Source of the DNA: Ostrea edulis
Lineage: Eukaryota
NCBI RefSeq assembly: GCF_947568905.1
Contig: NC_079166.1
Location: 74,710,001 to 74,774,000, forward strand
Reading direction: 5' to 3'
DNA length: 64,000 bases
How positions within the stretch are numbered: the stretch's first letter is position 1; every line of letters begins with the position of its first letter. Below the pieces are notes generated by a model. The model had not been told where the DNA came from. It made no database searches and worked only from the letters and a program-made list of their open reading frames with translations. Positions 60,026 to 64,000 of this stretch are shown piece by piece. Made by a program: the position numbers and the translations under genes.

Positions 60026-60919
60026 TAAGTGTCATTGTTCAGTATTGTGATAAGATTTGTATAACCTCCATGCGATGTGTCCTGCACATTCTTGAGTGTA
60101 TAAGTAAGCATTGGCTTATTACCAAGAAAGACAGACATAAGTGTAGAGGTATTTTGAATTGGGTCAGTATTATGTGAGTCATAATTATCTTGGATTTGTC
60201 GGTGAATTTTCTGGCACTTAATTGGTTTAAATGAAAACAGCACATAAAATGCGACTTTAACGACAAAGCTACCGTATACATGGGGGCAAAATCGATTGAT
60301 GTTCGTAGCCCGATTCCAACGATGGCCCGGATCCGGTTTTATTTCAATAATATTGTTCGAAATAATCATATTTTATTAACTTTGAATAATTACTGGTTTC
60401 GTAAAAAGACAATGGAACAATCCCCAATTATAATATTTAAATATTGCGATTTGTATTAAACCTATAGTTTGGAAAAGTATTCGGATTTCGTGCATGGAAT
60501 GTGAAATTCCGGTTATTTGCAGACCATAAAAAGAAAAATTCACTTATCCCCCAGGCCTCGATACAAAACACTCTTAACTTCTATGCAGTATGCAATATAC
60601 TAAACAATTCATTAATATTTATTGGATCGAGGCCTGGGGGTTATACAAATTTTTGGTGTATATTGTTGGATATTATCAACTTTTACAAAAATAACACAAT
60701 TGCTATGGGTTCTGCATGCTATAATTTCTATATGCGTGAATTTTCGCGGAAAAAACCCACTAGATTTATAAAGAAGAGGGTCTAAGCTATTTCATACCAT
60801 GATGGAATTTTGGAAGGAAGATACTTTATTTTACTCAAAATTACAGGGTCATATTTGAGTATCTGTGGCTCTTGTTCTTTCTTAACCTGCCATTAGTATA
60901 CCATCACTCATTAAAAACT

Positions 60920-61260
60920 CCATCTAACATCACTCTGTCAATCTCTGCTTAACGACGCTCGGTCAATCTCTAACATCACTTAGTCAATCTCTGACATCAC
61001 TCCGTCAATCTCTAACATCACTCAGTCAATCTCTGACATCACTCAATCAATCTCTATCTAACATCACTCAGTTGATCTCTAACATCAGTCACTAAACCTA
61101 TCTAGTATCAGTCAATCTCTAACATTACTCAGTCAATCTCTATCTAACATCACTCAGACAATCTCTAACCTCAGTCGCTTAACCTATCTAATGTCAGTTT
61201 TTCAATCTCTATTTGACATCAATCAGCCAATATCTATTTGATATCAGTCAGTCAATAAAA
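60920..61260. repeat. 3' UTR minisatellite of A4
   Basis: acatcactcagtcaatctct units. Confidence 0.8.
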
Positions 61261-61590
61261 CACTGATATTTGTCAATCAGGCCTATCTGAAATTGGTTAA
61301 TCTGAGCCTATCATTGCCAAGTTCCATTTGGCGTGCTTAAGGTATAATGATGTCATCAGTCAGTCAATTTCAATATGTCGATTTCCAGTCAAACGTGCTC
61401 AAATTTGTTTTTATAATATGGTGCATGATCTTTCAATTTGTCCTTCATTGTCACTTTTAACTTGTCATTTATCAATCTCAATTCGCCATTAGTCAGTCAA
61501 TCGTAACCTGTCACCAACTAGTCAATCTTAAGTTGTCAGTAATCAGTTAATTTTGATATGCCATTATTAAGTCGATATACGCATCCTTTA

Positions 61591-62833
61591 CTATATCACT
61601 TGGACTATATCTACTGTCAATGGATGTTCTTCCGTGAACCTCTCGTCTTCAAGTTTGTCTCCATTATCTTGGACATTGATGTCTGTCTGCCGTGGTGTGT
61701 GAGAGTCTGAAGGTACAAAGCACAAGTTACAGTTTGTATAATATCGTGAAATATGGACTTGAACAGAAACATGTCTCGGTAAAGGAAAACAGGAAATAGG
61801 GATCAAGTCGACTTACCGCATTTTGTCTCCAACAGGGATGAAAAAATACCTGAAATTGTTAAATAGTACTAGCTATATCCATCATATCCTGACCAACACA
61901 AGCATTCTCTACTGATAACAAATTCAAATGAAGGTATATATACTGTATTACTACCGTTCAAGGAATGATATTTTCTATCTTTGCAAAATCCGTATACAAT
62001 TAATATCAGACAAGGGATGGAAACTGATATTGCTCCGGCAATGCTTGCACCAAGAAGAACCCTGTAAACAAAAAGTGGCACATTGCATAATACTATTTCA
62101 AGCGATGAATAAGATCTGTCCAAAGATGGTCAGTACGTTATGTACTGGCCATATGGTCTGTTTTCTTTTATTTCGTTAAACAGAAGAAAAACATTACGCT
62201 TTTTCGGGAGATGACTCCAGCTTTTGGTTTTCTGTGTTTGTATAGTTAATGTTAGGGACGAGTTGTGACATCAGTCCTGTCTGGTTATTAAAAGCTGGTG
62301 ATGTTGCAGTTATACCCTCATTTGCTGTGTGTTCACTCGAGGACACATTAAAAAGAATGGGTGTAACGGTCTTCCGACTCTGATAGTCTTGGTGAAAACA
62401 TTCGGAATCTGTGAGTATAAAATGATCAGAATATGTTACATAAAACTATCTTGAAAAATGATTATAAAGCCAATTTTTACTGGATTAAAGGTTCCTTCAC
62501 CCCACTCTCGGCAATTATAAATGCAAATCACAGGATTTTCGGATATGATTTTAAAAACGGAGGATCTGTGTCTAGAAAGTCGTTGACAAGTTAAAGAACC
62601 CTCTCTGCTAAATATTAATCATAGATATAGATTAGCGGTATTTCACCTACAGCTGGTGACGTTTCAATATGAGTGCAAAATTCTCCACTGGACGCAAAAC
62701 AAACAACCAATGAATCACCGAAAGGAAATACATTGCAATAATCTTTTCAAATAGTCAGCATTTCAATGTTAATATGTAAATGTGTTTTATACGTACATTT
62801 ATAGCTCTCATTTGATTTATAAACAGTTGGACA
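61591..62833 (-). pseudogene. Gene A4: 5'-truncated family member (last third of exon 3 plus exons 4-7 intact)
   Basis: Exon remnants 62833-62797, 62408-62198, 62061-61955, 61849-61817 and 61706-61591 are open and phase-compatible. Homology stops mid-exon 3; promoter, signal peptide and most of the Cys domain are absent. Confidence 0.8.
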
Positions 62834-63226
62834 CGAGATATCGGTCTGTCCGTCCGTCTCTTAGCTTTTTCGTGTCCGACCCGTAACTTAAATACTACAA
62901 GGTTAAGAATCATCAAACTTTGTATGTAGATACATCTTGGGTGGAAGGTGTGTCGCACATTAAAACCAGGTCACTGTGACTTTTCATTATGAAGATATGG
63001 CCATATATGGCAAAAACTTGTCCGGCTCATAACTTGAAAACTATTAGACCTAGAATCACCAAAATTGGTCAACTAATGCATCTTAGGTAGAAGGTGTGTC
63101 GCATCCTACTTTAAGGTCACTGTGACATTTAATTAAGGTGATATTTAAAAAAAATGTTTTAATGGGTACAATCTATACTGTTAACAATATGTGACGGGTG
63201 TATCATGTGCTGTGGCGGTGCACTTT
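62834..63226 (+). mobile_element. Helentron-associated non-autonomous element (HINE-like), 5'-truncated
   Basis: GTCY microsatellite (gtctgtccgtccgtc), two ~146-bp subrepeats (aatca.caaa...ggaaggtgtgtcgca...ggtcactgtgac) and a 3' hairpin-like end before a T-rich flank. Confidence 0.6.
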
Positions 63227-63229
63227 ATT

Positions 63230-64000
63230 TAATAATCTAATCATTTATTTTCCCCCTTTGCTCTGTGAAAATTTACCTGCATAAGTGCTGTAAATCTTTC
63301 CCTATGCATATCAATCTAGACCTTAGCAATGAGGGTTCTTTCTACCAACGTAAATGGAAATCCTAAAAGCGAAATACTCTGCACTCCACCTTAATCGCAT
63401 CTCGTTGACAATTGGGTGAAATATGAATAGTACCCAATGCGGTATACATACAACAAAGTAAATTAAACTGTATGACAAACCTATTACCTCCATTTCAAGG
63501 TGAATTCGATATTCTACAAATACATTGAATTGCGAACGGTCAATGTTCGTTATCTTCATCTTTCCTTGTATCGAATGATGTGCTCTTATTTTTCAGTTTC
63601 TCAGAAAGCAAATGGTATTTTTTCAAAATTTAAAACGAAGCAAATACACAGCTGATAATATAATACTCATATACTATAGAGCGAATCAATCGTAATAGTT
63701 CTTGATGCAAACTAGGGCAATTATCTCAATTAATGATAGATAGATGACAGTTGCAATCTCTTTTCAACATCTAACGTCTATAACTTAACTTTACTGAACA
63801 AGTAGATAATTTGATAAAACCTCCAATGTTGTTCTTTAGCGAACAATACACGTTATAAGTGTCTACGTGGCGATTGTAAATCAATTTCTCTTCAGCTGAA
63901 AGGCTCCCCTGGAGTTACACATGACAACTGTTTGGCATACACGGCGACATAAATCAATGGTTATATCTTGTTTTCACACAACTGAAACGCTTATAATGTC
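63230..64000. repeat. Downstream spacer of a further (fifth) A-type unit, running off the window
   Basis: Matches 50540-51500 and 31770-32940; 63796-64000 matches window positions 1-200. Confidence 0.8.

Noticed and set aside
59580-60050. 156-aa ORF with LHGTVNG heptad repeats
   Set aside because: It is a by-product of the 21-bp tandem repeat inside a non-autonomous transposon.

Overview
AT-rich, intron-containing eukaryotic DNA, most likely an oyster or other bivalve (inferred from the repeat families; not proven). The ORF track uses TTG/GTG starts and misses the real spliced genes, which I rebuilt by hand from GT-AG sites and exon phase. (1) The window holds a cluster of one unnamed gene family: signal peptide, 10-cysteine ectodomain, Ser/Thr stalk, single TM helix and short tail. 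There are three intact 7-coding-exon copies on the minus strand (A1 2932-4922, A2 35951-37944, A3 54556-56539), a distant plus-strand paralog with no recognisable TM exon (P1 19304-21296), a copy lacking its 5' half (A4 61591-62833) and the flank of a further unit at the window end. A1-A3 share an adjacent AP-1 + NF-kB motif pair upstream. (2) A ~17.9 kb tandem duplication has a base-resolved junction at 39303. (3) Retroelements are dense: about a dozen Naiad-type Penelope-like fragments (one with an open 518-aa RT frame), canonical Penelope GIY-YIG fragments inserted in a (TA)n microsatellite, five minimal type-I hammerhead ribozyme motifs, two copies of a ~371-nt hammerhead retrozyme, and tRNA-derived SINEs. 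(4) DNA elements include a TTAA Kolobok-like insertion, a CTG-flanked Harbinger-like MITE, a TA-flanked 2.2-kb element, a THAP relic and a Helentron-associated element. No rRNA, bona fide tRNA or CRISPR array was found. No searches or folding programs were run.
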